DNA of 64,000 nt from Malacoraja senta (taxonomy: Eukaryota). The stretch lies in the NCBI GenBank assembly GCA_038087875.1, contig JAXLNO010000700.1, positions 62,001-126,000 on the forward strand, in the 5' to 3' direction. Every line of letters starts with the position of its first letter. Positions within the stretch are counted from its first letter, which is position 1. Below the pieces are notes generated by a model that saw only the letters and a program-made list of their open reading frames with translations, had not been told where the DNA came from and ran no database searches. Made by a program: the position numbers and the translations under genes. Shown here piece by piece: positions 63,010 through 64,000 of this stretch.

Positions 63010-63590
63010 TATCAGTCATACAGCACAGAAACAGGCCTATCGGCCCAACTCGTCCATGTCAACCAAGATGGCCCATCTAACAGAGTAATACAGCACAGAA
63101 ACAGGCCCTTCGGCCCTGCTCGTCTATGCCAACCAAGATGTCCCATCTACACTAGTCTCATCTGCTCCCATTTGGCACATGTCCCTCCAAACCTTTTCTA
63201 TCCATGTACCTGTCATAGTCTGAGGAAGGGTCTCAACCCAAAACATCACCCATTCCTTCTCTTCAGAGATACTGCCTGTCCCACTGAGTTACTCCAGCTT
63301 TTTGTGTCTATCTTCGGTTTAAACCAGCATCTGCAGTTCCTTCTTACACAAAATGTCGTTTAAATATTGTTATAGTACCTGCCTTAACTACTTCCATTGG
63401 CAACTAGTTCCATATATCCACCATCCTCTGTGTGGAAAACGTTACCTCTCGGGTTCCTATTAAATCGTTCCACTCTCACCGTAAGCCTATGTCCTTTGGT
63501 TCTTGATTCCTCTACTCTGGGTAAGACTCTGTGTATTCACTTATCTATCCCCCTCATGATTTTATACACCTCTATAAGATCACCCCTCGG
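63010..63590 (-). mobile_element. CR1 3' fragment interrupted by a plus-strand pLTR (~63217-63352)
   Basis: Duplicated ATACAGCACAGAAACAGGCC tail. CR1 sequence resumes after the pLTR. Confidence 0.7.
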
Positions 63591-64000
63591 CCCCTTCTCC
63601 GCAGGGACGAACAAAACTGACAACGAAGAAAGAACGAAACTATAACATTATACCCACGTTGTGTTTAACTTCCGTCTTCCTGATTTGACAAGGTGACCGG
63701 CCTGAAAACAATTTTCAGCAGCAATGGGGGATCACGGTTTCTGAAGATTGGAGAGCAGGTCACAGAAGTCGCAACTTCACCACAACACTAGTGATCGATC
63801 CGTCGGACCACAGTAGACGCAAACTACAAAGAGATCTGGCAGCAGAGAGCCTCCAATAGTTTGTTTTACAAATGAGGCTCCACCTCACAGAAACATTCAT
63901 AACTGGTTGGTACAGGCTTTAAAAATGTTGCTGCTCAACCCTACCTTCGAGCCTAGTAACACGTTCGCAGCTGCTAATCGTGGAAGCAAACTCAACTGAA

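Overview
Vertebrate genomic DNA, probably a cartilaginous fish (skate/ray-like; inferred only from the repeat content). It holds one complete protein-coding gene on the minus strand, an exophilin-5 (EXPH5/Slac2-b) orthologue. I reconstructed six coding exons with GT-AG boundaries and compatible phases: 45077-44947, 41109-40952, 35084-34904, 34205-34148, 27786-27654 and 27005-15175 (12,492 nt, 4,163 aa). That is about twice the mammalian length, because the 11.8-kb last exon contains an in-frame higher-order tandem array, (891 bp + 1215 bp) x ~3, with a 2106-bp/702-aa period. The rest is dense with transposable elements: a Tc1 fossil; a 5'-truncated Penelope-like element with a 14-bp TSD; more than 20 short Penelope terminal-repeat copies carrying a minimal hammerhead-ribozyme motif, often as inverted pairs; two Helitron-like elements filled with polypurine arrays; two 1041-bp TIR elements with 7-bp TSDs, one abutting the EXPH5 promoter; Harbinger, hAT and Tc2-type MITEs; CR1 and L1 fragments; and tRNA-derived SINEs. 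Repeat boundaries without a TSD are approximate, and family names come from motif recognition, not database searches.
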